NCBI GenBank assembly: GCA_965112635.1
Contig: OZ218778.1
Coordinates: forward strand, 192,001 to 256,000
DNA: 64,000 bases
Direction: 5' to 3'
Origin: an uncultured bacterium
Lineage (GTDB): Bacteria > Oederibacteriota > Oederibacteriia > Oederibacteriales > Oederibacteriaceae
The translations under genes and the position numbers were made by a program. The notes beneath the pieces are model-generated. The model had not been told where the DNA came from. It did not search any database and was given only the letters and a program-made list of their open reading frames with translations. Positions 9,177 to 19,700 of this stretch are shown one piece after another; position 1 is the first letter of the stretch, and every line of letters starts with the position of its first letter.

Positions 9177-10250
9177 CTACCAGCCGAGGACTTTTTCCCA
9201 GCGGCCGCTCTTGGCCGATTTGAGGCAGGTTTCCAAATAAGCCTGGATCTGCGCTCCCCGCACCAGGTCGGGCTGGGGCTGCCGGCCTGTTTGGATGGCC
9301 TTGATGAACCGCTGGTAATTGTTCATGGCGGGTTTGAGCTTTTTGGTCTTCCAAACGAACTTATCCGCGTCCTTGCCCAGGCAGAGCTCCAACTCGTGGT
9401 AACTCTTGTTGAGGTCTATCTTCAAGGCGCCCTTGGTGCCGCTCACTTCGCAGACGAGATGGTTGGCGTGCCCCGTGGTCCAGCGGCTGGTCTGGATGAC
9501 GCCCAGCCCGCCGCGGGTAAACTCCAGCTCAATGACCGCGGTGTCATTGGCGTCCATTTTCCTGCCTTTGTAGGCATTGACCTCTTTGTTGTTCAAAACC
9601 TTGGGAAATGTCCTTAAATTGCACCGTATCCTGGCCACATCGCCGGCCACGGCCGTGGTCATATCCAGGATATGACAGCCTATGTCGGCCAGCACCCCGC
9701 CTGACCCTGCGGCGGTCTGCAGTCTCCAAAGCCATCCCTCCGCGGTCCAGTGCCCCCAGCCCTTGCTGGAAAGCCAGCTCTGCAGGTAAAGGGACTGCAC
9801 GTGCCGGACCTGGCCCAGCTGGCCCTTGCGGACCATTTCCGCGGCGGTCCAGATGGCCTGGCTGCTGCGGTAGCTGAAATTGGTCATATGGATCACACCT
9901 TTTTTGGCGGCCTTATCCGCGGCCCGCCTCAGCGTCCGCGCATCTTTTAAGGTAACGGTGATGGGCTTTTCACAGAGCAGGTGTTTGCCCGCCTGCAGGG
10001 CTTTTAAAGCCGGTTCAAAATGGAAACGGTCCGGGGTGACCACGCTCAAAGCGTCAACCCGGCTGAGGAGCTCATCCAGGTTGGAGGCCGGATAGGGTAT
10101 GCCCCATTTCTGAGCAAAAGCGCGGGACCGTTCCTGGTTGATGTCCAGACAGGAGGTCAACTCCACTCCCGGTATATCCTTGAAGTTGTTGGCATGGGTG
10201 CCCCCCATGCCTCCGGTTCCGATGATACCTATCTTGATAGTTTTACTCAT
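9177..10250 (-). CDS. Gfo/Idh/MocA oxidoreductase
   Basis: IGIIGTGGMG, CEKPI, NFSYR, GSGGVLADIGCHILD. Confidence 0.9.
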   Translation of the reverse strand: MSKTIKIGIIGTGGMGGTHANNFKDIPGVELTSCLDINQERSRAFAQKWGIPYPASNLDELLSRVDALSVVTPDRFHFEPALKALQAGKHLLCEKPITVTLKDARTLRRAADKAAKKGVIHMTNFSYRSSQAIWTAAEMVRKGQLGQVRHVQSLYLQSWLSSKGWGHWTAEGWLWRLQTAAGSGGVLADIGCHILDMTTAVAGDVARIRCNLRTFPKVLNNKEVNAYKGRKMDANDTAVIELEFTRGGLGVIQTSRWTTGHANHLVCEVSGTKGALKIDLNKSYHELELCLGKDADKFVWKTKKLKPAMNNYQRFIKAIQTGRQPQPDLVRGAQIQAYLETCLKSAKSGRWEKVLGW

Positions 10251-10263
10251 GGTTTCGTTCTCC

Positions 10264-11004
10264 TTAGCGATAACCTTTGATTTTTTCTCTGGTCATTTCT
10301 GGTTTGACCCTGGGACAACTGTCAATCCAACGACTGGTGGTGGGAGCGGCCCATTTGACCGCGTTCTTCAGGATCATCTGGATCTTTTTATTATGGTAGA
10401 TGGGGTAGGTTTCGTGCCCCGGCTGGAAATAAAAGATCTTGCCGTTGCCCCGGAAAAAGCAGCAGCCTGACCTGAACACTTCGCCGCCCTGGAACCAGCT
10501 GACAAAGACCTGCTCGTCCGGGACCGGGATGCCGAAGGGTTCGCCGTACATCTCCTCGTGAGGCAGCTCCACGTAGCGGTCTATCCCCTGAGCTATCGGA
10601 TGCCCCGGCTGGGTCACCCAAAGCCGCGCCTTTTCGCCGGCCTCGCGCCAGCACAGGGAGCAGGTGGTGCCCATAAGCTTCTTGAATATCTTGGAGTAAT
10701 GCCCGCTGTGCAGGACGATAAGGCCCATGCCTTCCAGTACTCTAGTGTGTACCCTGTCCACGATCTCGTCGCGGACCCGGTCATGGGCCATGTGGCCCCA
10801 CCATAACAGCACGTCGGTCTTGTCCAAAACTTCCCTGGTCAGCCCGTGCTCCGGCTGTTCCAGCCAGGCCGTCCCCGCCTTGATGCCCTTATCGGTGTTG
10901 AGCGCTTGGGCAACGCACCCGTGGATGCCTTTGGGATAGATCTTCGCGATCTTGGCATTTGATTTTTCGTGCAAAAATTCGTTCCATACCAGAGCTTTGA
11001 TCAT
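10264..11004 (-). CDS. thuA: ThuA trehalose utilization protein (glutamine-amidotransferase-like fold)
   Basis: [57 protein letters not shown]. Confidence 0.9.
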   Translation of the reverse strand: MIKALVWNEFLHEKSNAKIAKIYPKGIHGCVAQALNTDKGIKAGTAWLEQPEHGLTREVLDKTDVLLWWGHMAHDRVRDEIVDRVHTRVLEGMGLIVLHSGHYSKIFKKLMGTTCSLCWREAGEKARLWVTQPGHPIAQGIDRYVELPHEEMYGEPFGIPVPDEQVFVSWFQGGEVFRSGCCFFRGNGKIFYFQPGHETYPIYHNKKIQMILKNAVKWAAPTTSRWIDSCPRVKPEMTREKIKGYR

Positions 11005-11087
11005 GGATGAGTCCTCCTGGATATAAGATTTTGATGTAAAAGTTTAACCTATTGAATACCCAAAGCCAATTCTTTAAAATAGCCGGG

Positions 11088-11996
11088 ATGAACAAAAGTA
11101 TGCCTGTTTTTAACATTGAAAAACTAGCCTTCGACTTCCACTGGAAGGGCAACGTGGGGCTGGCCATCTACCCCGCGGGCACGAGCCTGGGGCCCCGGAC
11201 CATGGAGGACTATGAGTTCGTCTGGGTCATCGACGGGTCCGCGGACTGGGAATGCAATGGCCGGGTCATCCCGGCCCCGGCCGGCAGCATCATCCTGTCC
11301 CGGCCCGGCATGCGCGAAACCTACCGCTGGCACCCTCTGCAGCAGTCCCGGCACGCCTTTTTTCACTTCCAGATGCACCGTGCAGGCGTGAAACTGCCCC
11401 CGGAAAACTCCTGGCCCCTCATCCAGTACATGCCCGAAGGCGACATCATCCGGCCCTTGTTCCGCTACCTGGCCTGCCTTTTGGACGAGCGCCAGCCCGG
11501 CTGGGAAGAAGCTTCCCAGGGAGCGGCCCGCCAGATCTTCACGGCTTTTTTGACCGGACGCTTCCACACCAAGGGTGAGGGCAACCTCAAGCTGCCCCCT
11601 CCGGTGGAAAAAGTATTCAGCTATGTCCAGCAAAAATGGCTCAAGGATACCAGCTCCAACCCTACCCTGAACGAAATGGCCAAAGTGGCCTCGGTCTCGG
11701 TCATGCATTTATCCCGCCTGTTCCACCAGGCCGTGGGTTATAGCCCCAAAAAAGCGATTTTCCTCCTGAGGCTGGACCGCGCCGCCTCGCTCCTGACCCG
11801 GAGCAATTTCAACATCAAGCAGGTGTCTGAGATGACGGGATTCCAGAGCCAGTTCCATTTTTCCCGCAGTTTCAAAAGAGTCTACGGCATGTCTCCGTGG
11901 GATTTCAAAAAAGGGTTACTGAAGGGAAAGATCAACGCCAAACCCGCCTCGCGCCTGACCCAGCTAAGAAGCATGTCCCATATTTTATGGGACTAA
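11088..11996 (+). CDS. AraC family transcriptional regulator
   Basis: N-terminal cupin and C-terminal double HTH (HLSRLF...GFQSQFHFSRSFKRVYGMSP). Divergent from the thuA operon. Start uncertain (11052/11088/11100). Confidence 0.9.
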   Translation: MNKSMPVFNIEKLAFDFHWKGNVGLAIYPAGTSLGPRTMEDYEFVWVIDGSADWECNGRVIPAPAGSIILSRPGMRETYRWHPLQQSRHAFFHFQMHRAGVKLPPENSWPLIQYMPEGDIIRPLFRYLACLLDERQPGWEEASQGAARQIFTAFLTGRFHTKGEGNLKLPPPVEKVFSYVQQKWLKDTSSNPTLNEMAKVASVSVMHLSRLFHQAVGYSPKKAIFLLRLDRAASLLTRSNFNIKQVSEMTGFQSQFHFSRSFKRVYGMSPWDFKKGLLKGKINAKPASRLTQLRSMSHILWD

Positions 11997-12123
11997 TTGC
12001 AATTTTTTGACACTAGAGCTCAAATATTTCCACCAGGCCTAAGGGACCGCAGAAACCTAGAAATACCTCTGCAAAATTATCGTGATAAAATAAGGCCAGC
12101 AAAACATAAAAGAAAGAAGAAGC

Positions 12124-15100
12124 ATGCACAGAATTAAAGCAAAACTTCTTTTGCTTCTATGGCTGATCCCAGGGTTTTTATTCGTAGCGGATTCCCAGGC
12201 TATCGATCAATTCGTGGTTTGGCAATGCGGACGATACACCGCGCCCAGCCGGGGCTGTATTTACCTCTATCCCTGCGTGAATAACACAGCGATAAACCTT
12301 TATGGTTCGCAGATTTCTGACACCAACATCACCACCCAGAACGCCTGGGTGGGAAATTTCGCGAACGCCGGGAACCTGGGAGGCCAGCCGTGGAATCCTG
12401 TCTGTAATTTCGGCCCTGACTATTATTTTTATGCCAACACTAATTTCCCTTTCCCTTGGGAGATCGATAACGTTCCTGATGGCACTAACAGTGACTATGG
12501 GGTCTGGCTGATGTCCCCCAACGGGTCAGGGGTCGGAAATGTTTTTTTTACCCACCTTAATTGCAATGGCGGTGACGCTTCGAGCGATCAGACCGGCGAC
12601 GCTGTCTCGGTTTACAATCCCAATGCTTTTGCCGTGCCCGTGGATTTTGCCCGCTGGAACGGCGCCAATTGGGTGACTGAAGTGACCGGGCAGGTTATCC
12701 AGGCCCAAAGTATTTGGATGTCCGGCGGCACCATAGGTTTTGGCGCCACAGGCACGAGACTCCCTGAGGCCGGCGATTTTAGGGTGGTGTGCTGCACCGC
12801 CAACGTGTGCGTTCACAAAGGTTTTATTCAAGCCGCCGACCATGATACTTTTTTTACCAACGCCATTGATGTGAATACTGGTTTAAAGATCGGCACGGAT
12901 ATGATCGGATTAGCTTCCAGCACTCCCCTGTCAGGCGTTGCGGCCCAATCCATCATGATTACCGCCGGCCCGGCTGGCGCCCACTACACGATTTTCCAGT
13001 ATGTGCCCAATGGCCCTGCTCCTGTGGGCAATTTCATGGTCGGCATGACCAATAGCGGCAATTGGATCCAAGCCACCAATCTTCCCGGCAACGCCGGGGT
13101 TCTGGGAGCCAACGGAGTCATTGCTCTGCCCGCCATCAACGGCAATAATAACGCAAACGCTGGCGAGGTGAATAACTTTTACCGAGTCGTGACCGATAAC
13201 CCCGTCCAGGTGGCCATCGGCACAAGCATTCTTTCCTCTTACGGCGCCTCGGATTGGGCCGATAGCTTTGATAATCTGGCCAATCCCCTTCCCATGGGCA
13301 ATAACTTTACCTTCTCTTACTACAATCTTTTTCCGCAATCTGCTGACGGTTCAGACCGTTATGTCACGGCTATTTTCCCGAATGCGGGAACCACGGCCAC
13401 CCTTTCCGGCCCGGCCGGCATCATCACGGGCGTATCCAACAATCCCCCCGGCACGATCGCTCCCATCGCGGCAACGAACAGCCGGGCCCAGACCAGTGCC
13501 GCGCCTTATGAGGCAAAAGTCTGGCAACTGAACAGCTTTACAGCCGGCCTGGTCACCCTCAATTTAAACGTGAACAGCGGCGGCCCCGTTTTCTTTAATA
13601 TTTCAGGGGATGTGAACGAAAACAGCGAAGAACGAACCGTGGAAGGCATGATGAACCCCGGGGGTCCCAATTTAACCGTCACATGCCCCAACACTCCGAC
13701 CGTCACCTCTACCCCCACGATCACCTGGACCCCGAACCCCTGTCCTGTCGAGCGCATCTATGCCGGTGCCACAAATTACACGGACACCTCCGGTAACGTA
13801 TGGCAGGCTTTTCAAAATTACTCCGCGGGTGGTTATGGGTTCGTGGGCGCAGGCGACCAACTCACCGGCTCAAATATTCTGGGAACCAACGATTCTGCGT
13901 TGTACCAAAATTCAGCCATCAGTTCTTCTTTTCAATGCATTTTTACACTGCCGGATGGGAACTATGAGCTCACCATGAAATTCGCCGAGTGCTGGCTTGG
14001 AGCCACGATCGGCACCAGAGTTTTCACGGTCACAGCGAACGGGACCCCGATCGCCACCAACCTTGATGTTTATGCCACCGTGGGGGACTTCTATGCCTAC
14101 GACGTGAATAGTGTTGTGACTGTTGCGGGCGGCCTGCTGACGCTTGATTTTACGGCCAGCTCCAATAACGCCATAGTCAGCGCCATACAAGTTCAATCGC
14201 TGTCCTGTTCCACTTCTACACCCACAGTAACCCCGACCGTTTCACCGACGGCTTCATTGACCTGTACCTCCACCAACTCGCCTACCTCCTCAGCGACACC
14301 GACGGCCTCACCAACGGCGACCATAACAAGCACGGCTACGGCTTCTCCCACTGCCTCTAATACGGGTACCGTAACTTCCACGGCCACCCCGACCGCCACG
14401 GACACCTGGATGGCCAGCCCGACCTTTTCCAATACCGCCACCGCAACAGCCACTCTGTCCCAGACCAGCACGCCCACTATATCCAACACGGCCAGCTCCA
14501 CCGCAACAACAACTTTTACATTTACCATAACCCTGACCAGCACTATTACCTGGACCCCATCCCTGACCTTAACTCCTTCCATAACCTGGACCCCGTCCAA
14601 AACTCCTACCCAGACTAATACGGCCACTGTGACCGCCACCAATACCCCTGTGATGACCAACCTGGAGCTCAAGGTCTACAATGAGGCCGGTGAAGTGGTC
14701 AAAACCTTCAGTAATGTCCTTGTCTTGGGTGGGTTTAGCGGTATCCAGCTTTCCTCAGGCAGCGGCTCTACCATCTTTGACCCCAACTCCGGCCTCTTTG
14801 ATATCGAGATCAAGAGCGCTGGCATCATCTACCACGTCCCCTGGGACGGCAAAAGCGACCTGGGCTACCTTGTGGACAGCGGGCAATATGTGCTCAAAGC
14901 CGATATCCCCGGCCTGCAAGGCAATACGGTCGTCATGCCCCTGACCGTGCTCAAGTCAGGAGACCTTTTGACCGTCAGTATCTACACCACCAGCGGAGAG
15001 TTGGTCAAACAGCTTTACCAGAGCTATTTCGTCCAGGGACAATTGGGAAGCATGAAGTTGACCAGTAATTTACTGCAGATAAGCAATCAACCCACAGGGA

Positions 15101-15606
15101 CAACCACGATCGGGATAAACATCTTTTCCTCCACAGGTCAGTTAATGGCAGATGGGCTAGGCTCCTTGAACCAAGCCCGCCTGACCTGGGACGGCACCAC
15201 GGCCTTGGGCAATTATGTGCAAAGCGGAGAGTATTTGATCAAAATAGATCAGACCTACAACCACCAGCACGATGTGCTGGTGCAAAGTGTGACCGTGTTA
15301 AGCTCCAATTTAAGCGGGTTTATGGACGCTTCGGTCTACCCCAACCCGTACCTCTCCACCCCAGACCACAAGGTATGGTTCAAGGTCGCTTTGCAGGACC
15401 AATCCAGCCTGACCGTGAGAATTTATGATGTGGTGGGAGAGCTGGTGAACACCCTCAGCTTGCCCGCAGCCGGGCCTGGCATTGCCACCCTGGGTTGGGA
15501 TGTCAATAATACTGCGGCCGGTCTTTATGTGGGAATTGTAGAAGCCGCTTCACAGGTCAGCGGTCAAACACAGAAAAAACCTTTGAAAATATCAGTTATA
15601 AAGTAG
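12124..15606 (+). CDS. Large secreted protein: unknown N-terminal region, malectin domain, Thr-rich stalk, type-A tail (FlgD-like Ig x2 plus T9SS-like CTD)
   Basis: Signal peptide. Malectin motifs at ~13750-14195 (DTSGNVWQA, LPDGNYELTMKFAE, RVFTV, LDVYATVG). Tail has WDGK...DSGQY, WDGT...SGEYLI, VYPNP...IYDVVGELV...GLY. Confidence 0.8.
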   Translation: MHRIKAKLLLLLWLIPGFLFVADSQAIDQFVVWQCGRYTAPSRGCIYLYPCVNNTAINLYGSQISDTNITTQNAWVGNFANAGNLGGQPWNPVCNFGPDYYFYANTNFPFPWEIDNVPDGTNSDYGVWLMSPNGSGVGNVFFTHLNCNGGDASSDQTGDAVSVYNPNAFAVPVDFARWNGANWVTEVTGQVIQAQSIWMSGGTIGFGATGTRLPEAGDFRVVCCTANVCVHKGFIQAADHDTFFTNAIDVNTGLKIGTDMIGLASSTPLSGVAAQSIMITAGPAGAHYTIFQYVPNGPAPVGNFMVGMTNSGNWIQATNLPGNAGVLGANGVIALPAINGNNNANAGEVNNFYRVVTDNPVQVAIGTSILSSYGASDWADSFDNLANPLPMGNNFTFSYYNLFPQSADGSDRYVTAIFPNAGTTATLSGPAGIITGVSNNPPGTIAPIAATNSRAQTSAAPYEAKVWQLNSFTAGLVTLNLNVNSGGPVFFNISGDVNENSEERTVEGMMNPGGPNLTVTCPNTPTVTSTPTITWTPNPCPVERIYAGATNYTDTSGNVWQAFQNYSAGGYGFVGAGDQLTGSNILGTNDSALYQNSAISSSFQCIFTLPDGNYELTMKFAECWLGATIGTRVFTVTANGTPIATNLDVYATVGDFYAYDVNSVVTVAGGLLTLDFTASSNNAIVSAIQVQSLSCSTSTPTVTPTVSPTASLTCTSTNSPTSSATPTASPTATITSTATASPTASNTGTVTSTATPTATDTWMASPTFSNTATATATLSQTSTPTISNTASSTATTTFTFTITLTSTITWTPSLTLTPSITWTPSKTPTQTNTATVTATNTPVMTNLELKVYNEAGEVVKTFSNVLVLGGFSGIQLSSGSGSTIFDPNSGLFDIEIKSAGIIYHVPWDGKSDLGYLVDSGQYVLKADIPGLQGNTVVMPLTVLKSGDLLTVSIYTTSGELVKQLYQSYFVQGQLGSMKLTSNLLQISNQPTGTTTIGINIFSSTGQLMADGLGSLNQARLTWDGTTALGNYVQSGEYLIKIDQTYNHQHDVLVQSVTVLSSNLSGFMDASVYPNPYLSTPDHKVWFKVALQDQSSLTVRIYDVVGELVNTLSLPAAGPGIATLGWDVNNTAAGLYVGIVEAASQVSGQTQKKPLKISVIK
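15050..15581 (+). repeat. ~530-bp near-perfect direct repeat (partner 36452-36983; diverged third copy ~30220-30750)
   Basis: By-eye alignment finds about 4 substitutions versus 36452-36983. Confidence 0.9.
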
Positions 15607-15647
15607 GTTGCTTACCAGGAAAACTGCAGATTCCATTACCCGCCTAG

Positions 15648-16541
15648 TTAAACCAAATGGACAGAACGTTCGCGGTAGGCTTTGGGAGAGAGCCCGTAAA
15701 CTTTGACGAATGTTCGGTGGAAATGGCTCTCATCCCCGAACCCCCAGTTCCCGGCCACCGCCTTGACCGGGACATCGGATTGCCGAAGTTCCGTGGCGGC
15801 GCCTTGGAGCCTGTACTGCAAACCGAACTGTCCAAAACTCATATTCATAAGACTATGGAACCGTTTGCAAAAGATCGACCTGGGCATGCGGCAGACTTTG
15901 GCCCCATCTTGCACATTGATCTTCCCGTGGCTATTGAACACCATTTCTATCGCAGGATTGATACGGTCAAGTTCATCATGGGCCTTCTCATTCTCATCGG
16001 ATGGCCTGCGCCAGTCCTTGAGGATGGTCAGAAGCAACTCGAGGCTCAGCAACCGCACCATGGCCATGGTGTGTCCGCTGGGAGGATTCACCCATGTCTT
16101 ATAAGTGGCTATCCGCCTCCCCAGATCGATGATTTCCTGTCTTTTTTGGTTATCCTTCACGCTCACCTGCGGGCGCTGGTGGGGCGGGACAAAAAAGGGG
16201 GCCAGCAGGTTCAAATGGGGCATCTCGGGAAAACGCGTTCTCGCGAGCAAGGGAGGATAGAAAAAAATCACCAGCCCGTCAGCCGGGGTTTCAATTTTTT
16301 TATTGCCATGAGGCTCCCACATGCTGGCCAGCCACACTTGTCCCGGCCCGACCGTGATCTCGCTATCTTCATAGAGTGCTTTTAACTTGCCGGAGAATAA
16401 CACCCCTATTTCCAATTCATAATGCCGGTCGTTCAAGGGTGCCACGGGATCAAAATTACTGGTAAAAAGTGGCTTCGCTTCAGATAGATTAAAGAACGAA
16501 GGATAGAATGTTTTGAAATTGGTCAGAATATTCTTGGCCAT
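15648..16541 (-). CDS. AraC family transcriptional regulator
   Basis: Cupin (HYELEIG...WEPHG) and HTH (WGFGDESHFHRTFVKVYGLSP). ATG 16541 has a GAGG RBS. Confidence 0.88.
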   Translation of the reverse strand: MAKNILTNFKTFYPSFFNLSEAKPLFTSNFDPVAPLNDRHYELEIGVLFSGKLKALYEDSEITVGPGQVWLASMWEPHGNKKIETPADGLVIFFYPPLLARTRFPEMPHLNLLAPFFVPPHQRPQVSVKDNQKRQEIIDLGRRIATYKTWVNPPSGHTMAMVRLLSLELLLTILKDWRRPSDENEKAHDELDRINPAIEMVFNSHGKINVQDGAKVCRMPRSIFCKRFHSLMNMSFGQFGLQYRLQGAATELRQSDVPVKAVAGNWGFGDESHFHRTFVKVYGLSPKAYRERSVHLV

Positions 16542-16727
16542 CTTTAATTTCCTCAATAATCCCCTTATTTCCTGCGTCTAAATTATAACCTACAGGACCG
16601 TTCTTCCAGAGACGAATCTGCAAAGATTGTTGTCCAGTTCTGCAACACTCTGATTGGTTATTTCCCAGAATAAGTTGTCTAATTAAATAAAGAAACGCTC
16701 AAAGCTAACCAAAAGGGCCGGCAGATC

Positions 16728-19700
16728 ATGAAAAAAGTCATTTTTGCTTCTTTCTTACTATGTTTTTCTATATTTTTAACCCCTATCACAGGCTGGAGCC
16801 AGCAGGTTACCGGCCTCGCGGTCCACGGCCCCTACAATGGCCAAACCATACTGACCTGGAACGAAGTAAACCCGCCGGCCATCCCTGCCAGCACCACCTC
16901 TGTGGCGACGGTTGACACCTATGTCACAAACCTGGCCACAGCCAATCCTTCCTATACCTATAACATTTATCACTCCGCCTCCCAGATCAACGCGGTCGCC
17001 AGCCTCACCCCTGTGGCCACAGGAGTGCGCCAGCTGACCGGTTGGAATGACGATAACTCCCTGCCCAATCAGGCAGGCGTCCCCCTACGTTTCGTCGTGG
17101 ATGAAGGTGGAACGGGCAATCTGGTTCCCCAGACCCCGGTAGCCAACGGCACAGGGGTCTATGCCTATAATCCCGCCACCGCGGGTCCAGGTTATTACGC
17201 CATCACGGTATCCGTCAACGGCGTGGAGAACACAACCATTACACTCGGACAGAACTCCCTGACCAACCCGGTGACTGAAACAGTCGGCCGGGGAGACCCG
17301 ATACTGCAGTGCACCGCTACTGAGATCAACAATCCCAATAATTTCATCGCGCAAGATACGACCTACTATTACGTCCGCTGGGAATATCCGGATAATTGCT
17401 CCTTGTTCAGCACTCCTATGAACTATGCCCTGCGAGTGCCCTTGGGAACAACTTTCCCGGCTCCTTTGGGCATCAACCTGCACTGTTGGGGTGCGAATCT
17501 TGATAACCCCTGCTATTTTCCACCCAATGCGGGCGCAGCCGGCAGCACTCCCCCGCACCTTTCCATGCTGGTGAGCTCCGATGAGTGTCCCTATGATTGG
17601 TGGACTGGTTATTACGACAAAGCCTGGACTGGGATGAACGGCGGTGGAGGAGAGACATTTCTGCCTGGAGGCAGCTCCAGTTGGGCCACCTCAGGAGTGG
17701 TGAAAGATTACTCCGAGCAAAGGATGGTATCCATCTATGACTGGATCGCGGCCAACTGGGATAACGGCAGTAAGGTGGACTTGACCCGGGGCTTTATCGC
17801 GGGCGTCTCCATGGGAGGTTCGGGCACGGCCATGCTGATGATCCGCTATCCTGGCCGTTTTGCCTGGTGCTATTCCAGCGTGGGAGTGCATATCCCGTTA
17901 TTATCCCCTGTTTTTGAGGGCTCTTACGCCGGTGTGTATGGGGACCCCACTTGGAATGTTCTGTATCAGAGCCTGACCATCGTGCCTACAATAAGGGCAT
18001 TTGACTATTTTGACGATACCCAGTATTTGGCCAGTCATCCCACCCTTCAGACAGGCTACATGTGTGTGGCCAATGGTAAGAACGACAGCGGCATCGGCTG
18101 GAACCAGGCTTGGCAGTATGTCAAAGCCATGCAAGCGGCCAAAATGCCTTTCATTTTCTATTGGACTCAAAACGGCCATCAGACCCGCGCTTGCGGTCCC
18201 TATCCCAGCGCGGGCAACAACATGGCCATTGATGTGCAAAATAATCAGAGCATCCCGGCCTTTGAAAATTGCAGTATTGATGATGCTATCGGAGATGGTG
18301 TTGAGGACGGAACTGGCGCCGGCCTCAATGGCGGGACCCATGGATATGCTACAGGAGCCATCAATGGCTATCTTTACTGGAACCCAGCCACCATTGTGGA
18401 CACGGCCGGGTCCTGGCAGATGGATATAGGTCTCGTTTCCGCGGCTCATGGCCTGACCTGGGCCGCCTCCTGCACCGTGGACATCACCCCGCGCCGTTTG
18501 CAGAGCTTCGCAGTCAGCCCGGGCCAGTGCTTTAACTGGACCAATACGGATTTGAACACCAGCACAGTCATCCAGTCCGGCTCGGCCACGGCCGACACGA
18601 ACGGCTTTATCACCCTCCCCGCGGTCCTGATCAAAAACCAGCTGCAATGGCAGAACAGGATCAATATCGTTCCATCCGGGACATGCGCGACCAAAACGAA
18701 TACGCCCACGGAGACGAACACACCAACCGCAGGGCCATCACAAACCAGTACAGCTACACCCACGATTACACTTACTGCGACACAAACTGCCACCGCTTCA
18801 ATTACCGGTACGCCGACCCCGACGTATACGGCTGGTCCCAGCCAGACCGGAACTGCTACGGGCACCTCAACCTATACTGCCACTGCAACCTCAGCTTGTG
18901 TCCAATTCCAGGTAGCATGTAAAAGCTCAGAGGTGCCGAGTGGAAATACCAACGGCCAGCCCGTCAATCCCGCCGTCGGGCCTCATGGTACGGTCAAGAT
19001 AAGCGGTGCTGGTTCCATCACCTTTGACCCTTTTGAACCGGGAGGGAGCCCTACGGATGGGTTCTTTTGCGGGGTAGGCGGGGTCACCAACCAATCAGGA
19101 TACTGGAACTGGTCTGGAGCCCAGATAGGTACTATTTTCAGCCCTACCGGCGGAGATGTTATTTTCTATTGGAAATCCTACGCCAGTATGGCCCAGCGGA
19201 ACACAGACAACAAAACAGGGTGGAGTTTTGGAGTCACGGATGATGGAACGAGAACATTATGGCGTATTGAAGTAAGCCCTGCAGGCGGTGCTTACAACAC
19301 CATTACCTGGCAGGCTAATAGTCCTTCCTCGGGTCAATATTTTGACACCACCTATACCGTCAATGCTGGAGAAATAGCAAAATTCAGATTATCATGGACC
19401 GCCACAACGCAATCACTCTATATAAACGATATATTGATACAATCCGGCGCCACCACTGCCTACACTCCCAGTTGGGGAGCATCGTCACAGTTTAATATCG
19501 GAGCGTCAGCGGGTGACAATGGTTTTTCGGGCTGGAAAGCCAGCAAAGATACTATTGCCGACCTCCAGGTCAATGCCACTTGCGCGGGAAACACCAACAC
19601 CCCAACTGTTACGGCCACTTTGACCGGAACAGCCAGCCCGACAGCTTCTCCCACCCTGACCTACACCACCGGCCCCAGTCAGACTGCCACCAATACCATG

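Noticed and set aside
14193-14672. Val/Ala-rich antisense ORFs (also 18446-18865, 25389-25652, 29333-29683, 32445-32672, 35565-35771)
   Set aside because: They are reverse-complement shadows of ACN Thr codons in the stalks.
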